Counted from the stretch's first letter, positions 43,363 to 52,790 are shown. The stretch: DNA of 64,000 bases from Candidatus Fermentibacterota bacterium (GCA_963845085.1 CAWJQI010000005.1:320001-384000), one strand, 5' to 3'. A program made the numbers and translations. The notes: a model not told the origin generated them from the sequence alone.

Positions 43363-44007
43363 CTAACCTCCCAGCCCGGCAAAGCCAAGGAATGCGATGG
43401 ACATCGCGCCGGCGATGAGGAACGCGGTCGGCAGCCCTTTGAGGGCCGGCGGAACTGGAGCCTGCTCCATCCTCTCCCTCAGGCCCGCCATGAGCACAAG
43501 GGCGAGAGTGAAGCCAATACCGCCTGAAACTGCATTGATCAGGCTGTAGCCGAGGCCGAATTTCTCCTCGATGTTTATCACGGCCACTCCGAGGATGGCG
43601 CAGTTCGTCGTGATGAGGGGAAGGTAGATCCCGAGGGCCTGGTAGAGGGCGGGGCTGAACTTGAGCAGTATCATCTCCACGAGCTGCACCAGTGCGGCGA
43701 TGATCGTTATAAAGGCAATCGTCTTGAGATAGCCGATGCCCAGGGGCACGAGCATGAGATGGTAGACGGCCCAGCAGCCGAGTGTCGCGAGCGCCATGAC
43801 GAAGACGACCGCAGCCCCCATGCCGATTGCGCTGTCCAGCTGCTTCGAGACCCCCATGAACGGGCAGATCCCGAGAAAGCGGCTCAACACGAAGTTGTTG
43901 ATGAAAATGCCCCCGATGATGATTGCCATCATCGTGCCGAAGCTGAAGCCCGACTCCTGCGCTCCGGGGGTCTGGGTCAGAACCGAAAGCATGAGGAAGG
44001 CGCTCAT
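43363..44007 (-). CDS. rnfA: Rnf subunit A
   Basis: FLGICPFMGVS, LPLITTNCAILG. Confidence 0.95.
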   Translation of the reverse strand: MSAFLMLSVLTQTPGAQESGFSFGTMMAIIIGGIFINNFVLSRFLGICPFMGVSKQLDSAIGMGAAVVFVMALATLGCWAVYHLMLVPLGIGYLKTIAFITIIAALVQLVEMILLKFSPALYQALGIYLPLITTNCAILGVAVINIEEKFGLGYSLINAVSGGIGFTLALVLMAGLRERMEQAPVPPALKGLPTAFLIAGAMSIAFLGFAGLGG

Positions 44008-44615
44008 CGGGCTCCTCCTTTCCTTCTGTTCTCAATGATTTTGAAGGTGCCCAGGATGAACGCCATCAGTATGAATGCCCCCGGTGCAAGGATGGCGATC
44101 AGAACGGGCTGATTGTTGTAAGCCGAGCCCAGGACGTTGATCCCGAGCCACGTGCCGTTGCCCAGAATCTCCCGGAAGGTTGCCATGATGATCATGGCCA
44201 GGGTGAATCCTATCCCCATGCCGAGACCGTCGGCCACTGCCGCCGGAACAGCGTTCCTGTTGGCGAACCCCTCGGCCCGTCCGAGGATGATGCAGTTCAC
44301 CACGATGAGGGGAATGAAGATCCCGAGGCTTCTGTGGAGATCGGGTACGAAGGCGTTCATGACGAGGTCGAGGATGGTGACGAACGTTGCGATTATGATG
44401 ATGTAGCACGGAATGCGGACCTTTGAGGGGATGGCGTTCCGCAGCAGCGACACCAGGAAGTTGGAGCAGACCAGAACGAACCCGGCTGCGGCACCCATTC
44501 CAAGGGCGTTCTCCACGCTCGAGGTGACGGCAAGAAAGGGGCACGTGCCGAGAACCAGACGGAAGATCGGGTTCTCCTTGTAAAGCCCTTTGGTAAACTC
44601 TCTTACAAGGCTCAC
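44004..44615 (-). CDS. rnfE: Rnf subunit E
   Basis: ENP..LGTCPFLAVT, PLIVVNCIILGRAE. Confidence 0.95.
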   Translation of the reverse strand: MSLVREFTKGLYKENPIFRLVLGTCPFLAVTSSVENALGMGAAAGFVLVCSNFLVSLLRNAIPSKVRIPCYIIIIATFVTILDLVMNAFVPDLHRSLGIFIPLIVVNCIILGRAEGFANRNAVPAAVADGLGMGIGFTLAMIIMATFREILGNGTWLGINVLGSAYNNQPVLIAILAPGAFILMAFILGTFKIIENRRKGGAR

Positions 44616-45217
44616 AGTGAATACCCCCCTTCCGTGAAAAGACCTGCGTCCTCCATGGCTTCAAGCCCCTTCCGGACGGAAAGTGTGACAGCTCTCGATG
44701 TGATCGTACTGCCCGTGATGGCGTCGATATCTCCGCCATCCTTTTCGAGAACGAGGCCTGCCGCCTCACGGCCGGAGAAGCTGCCGATAAGGCGGTCGGG
44801 GTTGACCACATTGGCGCCGAGCCCCGGTGTCTCCTGCTGGAAGAGGATCTGCGAGCCGGTGACGATGCCGTCAGTACCGCATGCTACCATGGTCTGGACA
44901 GTGCTGGAGTAGCCCTTGCCGTAGGCAATGAAAACGTAGCCCACGATGTCTTCCCCGGAGAAGACGCCCACCGGGGACAGCACTTCGTCCGCCTGGGCAT
45001 AGGGGTTGGCGAGACCGTCGACCGTGAGGCTGTCGAAGGTGACGGTAACGCCTGCGCCGGTGATCGTGGAGGCAGCTGTTTCCATGGCCAGAAGCCTGGC
45101 TTCCTCCTTCTGCCTGGCGATCAGCGGGGCGGTGAAATCGTTGACGAACCCGAGCGATCCCGCTGCAATGACGGCGACCACCATGAGCACGATGCCGAGT
45201 TTGAGCGCTTCAGCCAT
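44612..45217 (-). CDS. rnfG: Rnf subunit G
   Basis: ETPGLG and FMN site DAITGSTITS. Confidence 0.93.
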   Translation of the reverse strand: MAEALKLGIVLMVVAVIAAGSLGFVNDFTAPLIARQKEEARLLAMETAASTITGAGVTVTFDSLTVDGLANPYAQADEVLSPVGVFSGEDIVGYVFIAYGKGYSSTVQTMVACGTDGIVTGSQILFQQETPGLGANVVNPDRLIGSFSGREAAGLVLEKDGGDIDAITGSTITSRAVTLSVRKGLEAMEDAGLFTEGGYSL

Positions 45218-46334
45218 TCTTCTTCACCTCCCCGAAAGCCCTTGGCTTCGTGTAGCGGTCAATGAGGGGGGTGACAAGGTTCATGAGCAGGATGGAGTAG
45301 CTGCACCCCTCGGGATAGCCGCCCCACCTTCTGATGATCATCGTGAGAAGGCCCGCCCCCACACCGAAGATCAGCCGTCCCTTCCTGGTGACCGGAGTGG
45401 TGACCATGTCGGTGACCATGAAAAAGCCGCCGAGGATGACTCCGCCGGACAGGACATGGAAAAGCGGATCGCCCCCGAGAAAGCCGGGGCCTCCGAAAAG
45501 CCAGCCGAAAAGCGCCACGGCGCCGAGGTAGCTGAGGGGAAGGCGTGGTTCGAGCACACGTCGTGCAAACAGGAAGACCGCACCCAGAAGAAGCATGAGC
45601 GCGCTGGTCTCGCCGATGCACCCGCCGACCCTTCCGAGGAACAGGCTGATGTGCGTTCCGCCCGAGGAGAGCAGTTCACGCACTTTCGAAGCCTTCTCCC
45701 GGAGCGCAGCGGCGCCCTCGGAGTCGCCCCCCTCCTGGGCCTCGGCCGCGCCGGCATCCCATGTGTAGGTCTGGCGGAGAAGGTTCAGGGGCGTGGCTCC
45801 GGAGACAACGTCAGCCTCTTCAAGAACTGCGGCGGGTATGCCGGACTGGTCCCAGGCATCGTCCGCCGACGGGCCATTGGACAGCGGCGCCCACCATCCC
45901 GCAGTCATCAGGACGGGAAAACTCGCGACAAGGAAGGCCCTGCCAAGAAGCGCAGGGTTGACGATGTTGTTTCCAAGGCCGCCGAAGGCCTGTTTTGCAA
46001 CCGCAATGGCGAACGCGCTTCCGAGCACAGGGATCCACCACGGCACAGAGGGGGGAACGTTGTATGCCAGGAGGATGCCCGTCACGACCGCGCTTCCGTC
46101 GAGAACAATGTTCACGGGCTTCTTCATGAAACGAAGGCAGAGCATCTCCGTCAGGACGGCGGCGAGAACGCTCAGGCCGGTCAGAAGAAGCGCCTTGAAC
46201 CCGAACAGGTAAACCGCCGCTGCCAGTGCCGGCAGCAGGGCGATCGAGACATCGGTCATCACCCGCCGTGTCGTGGCCGTATCGGACACATGGGGCGACA
46301 TCGCCAGCTCGAAACGTCTTGCCTCGGGCATCAT
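45210..46334 (-). CDS. rnfD: Rnf subunit D
   Basis: FGGLGNN, FMN site SGATPL, GCIGETS, TDMVTTP. Confidence 0.95.
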   Translation of the reverse strand: MMPEARRFELAMSPHVSDTATTRRVMTDVSIALLPALAAAVYLFGFKALLLTGLSVLAAVLTEMLCLRFMKKPVNIVLDGSAVVTGILLAYNVPPSVPWWIPVLGSAFAIAVAKQAFGGLGNNIVNPALLGRAFLVASFPVLMTAGWWAPLSNGPSADDAWDQSGIPAAVLEEADVVSGATPLNLLRQTYTWDAGAAEAQEGGDSEGAAALREKASKVRELLSSGGTHISLFLGRVGGCIGETSALMLLLGAVFLFARRVLEPRLPLSYLGAVALFGWLFGGPGFLGGDPLFHVLSGGVILGGFFMVTDMVTTPVTRKGRLIFGVGAGLLTMIIRRWGGYPEGCSYSILLMNLVTPLIDRYTKPRAFGEVKKNG

Positions 46335-47647
46335 GCCCCCTTCCCGGCGCGCGCGGCTGCCCTGATCTCGGTCTGGGCCCGCTTGATGTAATGAACAAGG
46401 TACCTGCCTGCAGGACAGACAAAGCTGCAGGTGCCGCAGGCCATGCAGTTGAGGGCGCCGTACTCCTCCGCCATGCGCCAGTTCCCGTACTCCGCGGCCT
46501 TGGCGATCAGGCTCGGGCAGAGGTTCAGCGGGCAGACATCAACGCACTTTCCGCAGCGGATGCAGGGACCCTCGAGGGTTTCCCTGACCTCGCCCTTGGA
46601 AAGCACAAGAACTCCGCTCGTCCCCTTTGTAACGGGAGCTTCGTCGGTGTACATGGCCATGCCCATCATGGGTCCGCCCGAGACGAGTCTTGCCGCATCG
46701 GCGGTATACCCTCCCGCAGCCCCGATCAGAACCGACACCGGGGTTCCGACACTGCAGAGGAAGTTGCCCGGGGCTGCCACGCCGCGCCCCGATACAGTGG
46801 TTACCCTCGTGACCGACGGGATGCCGTCACGAACCGCCTGAGCCACTGCGGCACACGTTCCAACGTTCTGCACCACGACGCCGATATCGAGCGGGAGGCC
46901 TCCCGCCGGAACTTTCCTTCCGCACACCGCGTCGATCAGCTGTTTTTCGGCACCCTGCGGATAGGACACCTCGAGGGGAACCACCGCCACGCCCATCTTC
47001 TCAAGCAGGGAGATGGCGTCGGGCTTGTTCACCTCGATGCCGATGCGGGGCTTGTCAACACCGAGAACCATGGCGAGGATATTCATCCCGGCGATGATGT
47101 CTGCGGCGTTCTCCAGCATCAGCCTGTGATCTGCGGTGAGGTAGGGTTCACACTCAACGCCGTTCACGATAAGCATGTCTATCTTTCTGCCCTGGGGCGG
47201 GGAGAGCTTGACGTAGGTTGGAAAGCAGGCACCCCCCATCCCGCAGACTCCGGCTTCCCTTATCCTCTCGATTATCTGCGCGGGGGTTTTGTTCTCCCAG
47301 TCGGGCCAGGGTTCGAAAACAGGCACCGTTTCGCGGCTGCTGACGGAAATGGTAACGGCCGGCCCTGTCCGCCTGTGCGGCATGGGGGCGTCGCCGACGC
47401 TCAGAACCTTGCCACCCGCAGGCGAATGCGTGGGAAGGCTGATGAAGCCGTTCCTCTCACCGAGAACCTGACCGAAGGCTATCGTGTCACCAGGTTTCAC
47501 AACGGGCGTGGAAGGCGCGCCCAGGTGCTGGCAGAGAGAAACCGTGATTGTGTCGGGGGCGGGGACATGCACTATCGCCCTGGCTCTGCTCAGCTCTTTG
47601 TTGCCCGGCGGATGGGTGCCTCCGGAGAACGATCTTGCCCTGCTCAT
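46331..47647 (-). CDS. rnfC: Rnf subunit C
   Basis: ECEPYLTAD, YPQGAEK, GGPMMG, CIRCGKC. Confidence 0.95.
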   Translation of the reverse strand: MSRARSFSGGTHPPGNKELSRARAIVHVPAPDTITVSLCQHLGAPSTPVVKPGDTIAFGQVLGERNGFISLPTHSPAGGKVLSVGDAPMPHRRTGPAVTISVSSRETVPVFEPWPDWENKTPAQIIERIREAGVCGMGGACFPTYVKLSPPQGRKIDMLIVNGVECEPYLTADHRLMLENAADIIAGMNILAMVLGVDKPRIGIEVNKPDAISLLEKMGVAVVPLEVSYPQGAEKQLIDAVCGRKVPAGGLPLDIGVVVQNVGTCAAVAQAVRDGIPSVTRVTTVSGRGVAAPGNFLCSVGTPVSVLIGAAGGYTADAARLVSGGPMMGMAMYTDEAPVTKGTSGVLVLSKGEVRETLEGPCIRCGKCVDVCPLNLCPSLIAKAAEYGNWRMAEEYGALNCMACGTCSFVCPAGRYLVHYIKRAQTEIRAAARAGKGA

Positions 47648-47855
47648 AATCCTCCTGAATATGGCGTGACATTGCAATACAAAGACAAGGGTACGGGATC
47701 GCGGGCATCCCTCACCCCTGAAACAAGACACGCAGAAGCATAGAACGAAAACCGCCAGCGGACAAGCTCCCCGGTCTTCTTGCACGGAAGCGGTGGAAGC
47801 GTGATATTGGTTTTAAAGGATTCGGGGATATCCCGCGCGGAAGAGAGGGATCGGG

Positions 47856-48488
47856 ATGGATGGCATCAGAAAAACGGCTGTTGCGCTCCTGTTGCTCCCG
47901 GGCATCTCCCTGGCCGACCAGGTTCTCTGGAATTACTCCCTCGCCGAGTTGCCACCCGGCTGGGCCATCATTTCCGGAGAGTGGGAGTTCCTTCCTGACG
48001 GCGCCCGCTCAGACGCCGTCGCCGAGGCTTATGAAACCGACTGGAACGAGCTTTGGTCCGATCTTCTCATTCTGCCCGGGGGAACCGATTCGATAAGCAT
48101 CGCCGCGGAGCAGTACAGCGTCACATGGAGGATCGAACAACCCAACACTTTCGCCTTCACAAGAATGGTGCTCAACATCAACGGCGAGAGCGGGATTTAC
48201 TGGAACGTATCCCTCGGCCAGACCGACTCGCTGCCGATCTTCGTCGTTCCCGGGGCGGCAGCAGGGGATACTGTCCGTGTGATCCTTTTCTGTACAGCGG
48301 TCTGCGACCCGCCTCCTCCGAACCCTCCCCCGGGTCCCGGTCCGCAGGCCACATCCGACTTTCACATCTGGAACTTCGTTGTAACGGCATACGGTGACAT
48401 CGCAGACCTCGAACCTGCAACCTGGGCATCGATTAAAACAGGGCAGATACAGGGGCGGCGGGAGCCGTCTCCCGCCGCCTTAGACTAG
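47856..48488 (+). CDS. Secreted hypothetical protein with C-terminal LEPATWASIK motif
   Basis: Signal peptide; Pro-rich insert; TWxxIK-like tail. Confidence 0.65.
   Translation: MDGIRKTAVALLLLPGISLADQVLWNYSLAELPPGWAIISGEWEFLPDGARSDAVAEAYETDWNELWSDLLILPGGTDSISIAAEQYSVTWRIEQPNTFAFTRMVLNINGESGIYWNVSLGQTDSLPIFVVPGAAAGDTVRVILFCTAVCDPPPPNPPPGPGPQATSDFHIWNFVVTAYGDIADLEPATWASIKTGQIQGRREPSPAALD
48454..48479. terminator. Perfect 11-bp hairpin between convergent genes
   Basis: GGCGGCGGGAG-CCGT-CTCCCGCCGCC. Confidence 0.6.
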
Positions 48489-48495
48489 AACGGCG

Positions 48496-48606
48496 TCAGC
48501 CCTTTTTGACGGGCTTCTTCGCAGCTTTCTTTTTCGGGGCGCTGTCGGCCTTTTTCTCGGCGGGAGCCTTGGCGGGAGCCTTTTTTGCTGCTTCTTCCTT
48601 CTTCAT
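48496..48606 (-). CDS. 36-aa Lys/Ala/Pro-rich (histone H1-like) small protein
   Basis: AGGAGG RBS; MKKEEAAKKAPAKAPAEKKADSAPKKKAAKKPVKKG; upstream promoter-like boxes and a downstream hairpin. Confidence 0.6.
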   Translation of the reverse strand: MKKEEAAKKAPAKAPAEKKADSAPKKKAAKKPVKKG

Positions 48607-48756
48607 GATCACACCCTCCTGAAAGTGGCGCAACCTGATAAGACACGGGCGGGCAATAGCGCCGCCACTTCCGGTGATATTGTACGGAATGAACACGCAT
48701 GTCAATACCGCAGTGTATATTAGGGGCTGTAAACCACAAGGAAAGGCTGCTTTCAA

Positions 48757-49230
48757 ATGCATTCATTCATTGTTGCCCTGCTGGCTCTCTCCGGTTTCAT
48801 GCAGTGGATCTACCAGGTTGATCCCGCGCTCTGCAACGGTTGCATGAGCTGTGTATCCCCCTGTCCTCAGGGGGCGATAAGCGTTCAAGGCGGCAAGGCC
48901 TGGATCGACCCCGACCTGTGTAACGGGTGCGGGATCTGCGTTCTCTACTGCCCCAGGGGGGCCATCTACAGAACCTGGTACGAAGGAGTCGAGGGCGACA
49001 CAGAGGGCGTGCCCGGCATCAACCGGAATCCCGCGGCGGGCCAGGCTGATGTTCACGGGCTGCCCCCGAACACCGCGGTAGTGCTTTGCTCAATAACGGG
49101 ACGGGTGGTTGCCGAGGCGATCTCATCGATTGACGGAAGCGCCAGCATAAGCCTCAGCGGAGTCCCGGCCGGGCTCTACTTCGCCTGTTCGGAAACCGGT
49201 GCTTTCGCAGCGCTCACGGTTGTCAGGTGA
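48757..49230 (+). CDS. 2x[4Fe-4S] ferredoxin domain with hydrophobic leader and T9SS-like C-terminal domain
   Basis: CNGCMSCVSPCP and CNGCGICVLYCP; C-terminus NP..SITGRVV..ISLSGVPAGLYF..LTVVR. Confidence 0.8.
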   Translation: MHSFIVALLALSGFMQWIYQVDPALCNGCMSCVSPCPQGAISVQGGKAWIDPDLCNGCGICVLYCPRGAIYRTWYEGVEGDTEGVPGINRNPAAGQADVHGLPPNTAVVLCSITGRVVAEAISSIDGSASISLSGVPAGLYFACSETGAFAALTVVR

Positions 49231-49796
49231 CCTTTGTGAACTCCGGAATCCTGTTCACCGGTTTTCTCGTGTTCGCAGCAAGGGTACTGGATGTGTCGCT
49301 TGGAACGATGAGGACGATAAGCATAATCCAGGGCAGAACCCTCCTCGCCTTCCTGCTCGGCTTCGTCGAGATAAGCATATGGCTCGGGGTGATTTCCACG
49401 GTGATCAGCCAGGTCCGTGAAAACCCCGTTTTCGCGGTTTTCTATGCTCTGGGATTCGCCACGGGAAATGTGGTGGGCATCATGATCGAGCGCAGGATAG
49501 CAATGGGCGGCATCATCATAAAGATCATCGCCAGGGATTCGGCCATTGAGCTTGCAGCCAGGATCAGGGAACTCGGGTTTGCCGTGACCGAGTTTCAGGG
49601 CAGGGGAATGGCCGGAACGGTCACCGAGCTATACATCGTCTGCCCCAGAAGGGAGTTCAGGCCCATCATGCAGGAGGTGAGGCTGATCGACCCCGACGTT
49701 TTCTTCGTGACGGAGCCGGTGGGCACGCTCGGCAGCGGAAGGATCCCTCCCGTGCTCGCTTCGCCGGGGTGGAAGGGCATCATCAAGAGAAAGTAG
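49227..49796 (+). CDS. UPF0316 / DUF5698-DUF2179 membrane protein
   Basis: ARVLDVSLGTMR, GFVE, YALGFATGNVVG, GFAVT..G.G. Confidence 0.85.
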   Translation: MTFVNSGILFTGFLVFAARVLDVSLGTMRTISIIQGRTLLAFLLGFVEISIWLGVISTVISQVRENPVFAVFYALGFATGNVVGIMIERRIAMGGIIIKIIARDSAIELAARIRELGFAVTEFQGRGMAGTVTELYIVCPRREFRPIMQEVRLIDPDVFFVTEPVGTLGSGRIPPVLASPGWKGIIKRK

Positions 49797-49811
49797 TTCC
49801 ATTCCTCCGGA

Positions 49812-49849
49812 TTGACAATTTGGTTGTTTGGCCTATATTGCAAGCAAAC
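49812..49849 (+). promoter_or_regulatory. Promoter and possible ArsR operator
   Basis: TTGACA-N16-TATATT with a GTTTG..CAAAC inverted repeat around the -10. Confidence 0.5.
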
Positions 49850-49868
49850 GTTTAACCGGAGGTTCACC

Positions 49869-50177
49869 ATGCCGGCATCCAGCCTGGAGTCGCTTGAAAG
49901 AAAAGCAAGGGTTATCGCATCCCTTGCCCATCCCTCACGCCTGCTGATCGTCGAAGCTCTTGAAGAGGGCGAAAAGACCGTGTCCGAGCTGACCGGGATC
50001 GTGGGATCCGACATATCGACGGTTTCAAGACACCTTGGCGTCCTTCGAAGCGCCGGGATAATAGCTTCGAGGAAGGACTCGAACCGGGTCCTCCACAGGC
50101 TTCTCACACCCTGCCTGCCAAGCTTCCTCAAATGTGTCGACCAGGTGATCTCCGATACCTGCGGGGAATGCAAATGA
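49869..50177 (+). CDS. ArsR/SmtB-family repressor
   Basis: LAHPSRLLI, STVSRHL; C-terminal cysteines. Confidence 0.9.
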   Translation: MPASSLESLERKARVIASLAHPSRLLIVEALEEGEKTVSELTGIVGSDISTVSRHLGVLRSAGIIASRKDSNRVLHRLLTPCLPSFLKCVDQVISDTCGECK

Positions 50178-51475
50178 ATCTCAGGAATTACTGGAAGAGC
50201 ATGTTGATCATGCTTCTGGTCTTCGCAGGAGCATACCATATGCCCTTGTCTTCAGAGCGTTTCTGGAGTGGTGTAACCGAGTCGCTTCACCTTCTTCACG
50301 AGTACGCCAGGGAGCATGTGATACTCTGCCTCCTGCCGGCCCTCTTCATAGCGGGCGGACTCGCGGTCTTCCTGAAAAAGGAAGCTGTGATGAAGTACCT
50401 GGGGCCAAAGGCGAAAAAATCGGTTGCCTATGGAGTGGCTTCCATTTCCGGAACCGTGCTTGCGGTCTGCTCCTGCACCGTTCTGCCACTCTTCGCCGGC
50501 ATTTACCGCATGGGTGCCGGTCTTGGCCCGGCTTCGGCGTTCCTCTACGCAGGACCAGCGATAAACATTCTTGCAATAATCCTTTCTGCCAGGGTCCTCG
50601 GTATCGAACTCGGCGTTGCCAGGGCAGTGGGGGCTGTTGTGTTCAGTGTGGTGATCGGCCTCCTCATGCACCTTATTTTCCGGAAGGAGGAGACTGAACG
50701 CAGCGCTGGCTTCGCCTTTGATGACACGGAAGACACGCAGCCTTTTATTCAAAGGGTTCTTGTCTTCGCCTCGCTTGTGGGGCTTCTTGTTTTCGCGAAC
50801 TGGAGCGCTCCGGATAATGCGGCCGGCCTCTGGCATGCGGTATGGGCGTGGAAATGGGTCATCACCTCGGTGTTCGCAGCGGTTACCGCGTTTGCGGCGG
50901 TGCTGTGGCTGGGGGTAAGGGCCTGGAAGATGCTTGTTGTTGCAGTGATCTCAGGAACGGCTGTCCTGTTTCACTCGGGAGCACAGACATCCTTCGGCCT
51001 CGGTATCATCACATTTGCCTGGGCACTCGCCACAAGCAGGGGTGAGGGAAGAAAGTGGGCGGACGAAACCTGGGGTTTTGCGAAGCTCATCCTTCCGCTT
51101 CTCTTTGCAGGGGTGATCGTGGCGGGAGCCCTTCTGGGCAGACCGGGCCACGAGGGATGGATACCTTCGGAATGGGTCGAGACGGCAGTAGGAGGCAACT
51201 CGTTTCGTGCCAACCTTCTGGCCTCGGTTGCAGGCGCTTTCATGTACTTCGCCACACTCACCGAGATCCCCATAGTCCAGGGGCTCATCGGCTCGGGCAT
51301 GGGCAGGGGACCGGCACTGGCCCTGCTGCTCGCCGGTCCGGCACTTTCCCTTCCCAACATGCTGGTGATCCGAACCATTCTTGGAACCAGAAAAACGGTA
51401 ACCTTCGTCTCCCTTGTCATCATCATGGCCGCGATCAGCGGAGTGTTTTTCGGCATGTTCTTCCCGGAGGTGTGA
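50174..51475 (+). CDS. DUF318 / ArsP-family permease
   Basis: VCSCTVLP, FLYAGPAIN, YFATLTEIP, GPALSLP. Confidence 0.88.
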   Translation: MNLRNYWKSMLIMLLVFAGAYHMPLSSERFWSGVTESLHLLHEYAREHVILCLLPALFIAGGLAVFLKKEAVMKYLGPKAKKSVAYGVASISGTVLAVCSCTVLPLFAGIYRMGAGLGPASAFLYAGPAINILAIILSARVLGIELGVARAVGAVVFSVVIGLLMHLIFRKEETERSAGFAFDDTEDTQPFIQRVLVFASLVGLLVFANWSAPDNAAGLWHAVWAWKWVITSVFAAVTAFAAVLWLGVRAWKMLVVAVISGTAVLFHSGAQTSFGLGIITFAWALATSRGEGRKWADETWGFAKLILPLLFAGVIVAGALLGRPGHEGWIPSEWVETAVGGNSFRANLLASVAGAFMYFATLTEIPIVQGLIGSGMGRGPALALLLAGPALSLPNMLVIRTILGTRKTVTFVSLVIIMAAISGVFFGMFFPEV

Positions 51476-51478
51476 GCG

Positions 51479-51712
51479 ATGAGGATCCAGGTTTTGGGCA
51501 CGGGCTGCCCCAAGTGCAAAAAACTCGAGGAGATGGCAAGGAAGGCGGCTGACTCGCTGAACCTTGATTACACCCTGGAGAAGGTTTCCTCGATCAACGA
51601 CATAGTGGCCATGGGCGTGATGTCCACCCCGGCTTTGGCCATCGACGGCAGGGTTGTTCTCGCAGGGCGACTGCCCGGCGAGGCGGAACTCAGGGAGATG
51701 CTTTCCAGATGA
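51479..51712 (+). CDS. Small redox-active disulfide protein (MTH895-like)
   Basis: IQVLGTGCPKC, GVMSTPALAIDG. Confidence 0.9.
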   Translation: MRIQVLGTGCPKCKKLEEMARKAADSLNLDYTLEKVSSINDIVAMGVMSTPALAIDGRVVLAGRLPGEAELREMLSR

Positions 51713-52095
51713 AACGAATCTTCTTGATCTTGCTTGCCGTTGGCGCAGGGCTTTCGGCCTGCGCCCCCCAGGAGGAACAGCAGGAAACCGTCGCCGAGAC
51801 CACCGGCCTTCCCCGGCTTGTCGACCTGGGCTCGGAGTCATGCACCCCCTGCAGGATGATGCAGCCTGAGCTTGCCGAGCTCAGGACCGGGATGGAAGGC
51901 TCACTGGATGTGGTATTCATTGATGTAAACCAGGATCGGAACGCTGCTTCAAGGTATCAGATCCGGGTGATCCCGACCCAGATATTCTTCTCACCCGATG
52001 GGGTCGAGCTGGCCAGGCACGAGGGCTACATCGATGCCGAAGGCATGCTCGGGATATTCAGGGAGCATGGCTACTTCAACGAAGATGGCATCTAG
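51709..52095 (+). CDS. Thioredoxin-family lipoprotein
   Basis: Lipobox LSAC; CTPC; IPTQIFF. Confidence 0.88.
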   Translation: MKRIFLILLAVGAGLSACAPQEEQQETVAETTGLPRLVDLGSESCTPCRMMQPELAELRTGMEGSLDVVFIDVNQDRNAASRYQIRVIPTQIFFSPDGVELARHEGYIDAEGMLGIFREHGYFNEDGI

Positions 52096-52097
52096 GG

Positions 52098-52790
52098 ATG
52101 GGGTCTTTTCTCACCTCGCTTAACGACGCTCTTTCCTCTTCGCCCATCCTCGCCGTGGCGGCCGCGTTCGTCTGGGGAGTGCTCAGCATGGTCCTCAGCC
52201 CCTGCCACCTCGTGAGCATTCCCCTGGTGTTCGGATGCATCATGAAAAGCCGGGGGATCGACACGGGGAAAGCGGTGCCGATGAAGGTCGCCGCTCTGTT
52301 CGCCCTCGGAATGACCATCTCAATCGGGGTGATCGGTGTGGTGACGAACCTGCTGGGCAGGCTCGCCGGTGATGTGGGTCCGCTGGGTGAGGGGCTGCTT
52401 GCCGTGATCCTCATCGTTGTGGGTCTTTCGATCGCAGGGCTTTTCCAGCTGCCTGTTCCCGGATTGAACAAAGGCGGGATGGGCGGTGGCTCTCCCGCTC
52501 TGCTTCTCGGGATCGTTTTTGGCGCCGCACTGGGGCCCTGCACCTTCGCCTTCATGGCCCCCGTGCTGGCCGTGATGTTCAGCCTTGATTCAACAGCAAA
52601 GGCACTGGTCCTTGGGCTGTCATTTGCCGTCGGGCACGCCGGGGTCGTTCTTCTCATGGGCGTTTTCGCGGGGCGGATCCAGCGGGTGGTGGACTGGTCG
52701 GGCCAGAGCGCGACGGCGCGATGGCTTCGCATCATCTCCGGTGTCCTGGTTTCCCTGGGAGGGATCTACCTGCTGGTCAGGCTTCTCTGA
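52098..52790 (+). CDS. CcdA / DsbD transmembrane electron transporter
   Basis: LSPCHL and GPCT motifs; about 6 TMs. Confidence 0.85.
   Translation: MGSFLTSLNDALSSSPILAVAAAFVWGVLSMVLSPCHLVSIPLVFGCIMKSRGIDTGKAVPMKVAALFALGMTISIGVIGVVTNLLGRLAGDVGPLGEGLLAVILIVVGLSIAGLFQLPVPGLNKGGMGGGSPALLLGIVFGAALGPCTFAFMAPVLAVMFSLDSTAKALVLGLSFAVGHAGVVLLMGVFAGRIQRVVDWSGQSATARWLRIISGVLVSLGGIYLLVRLL

Noticed and set aside
48454..48498. TGA of the basic peptide followed by a hairpin, read as selenocysteine plus SECIS
   Set aside because: No redox-motif context; a perfect GC stem between convergent genes fits a terminator better.
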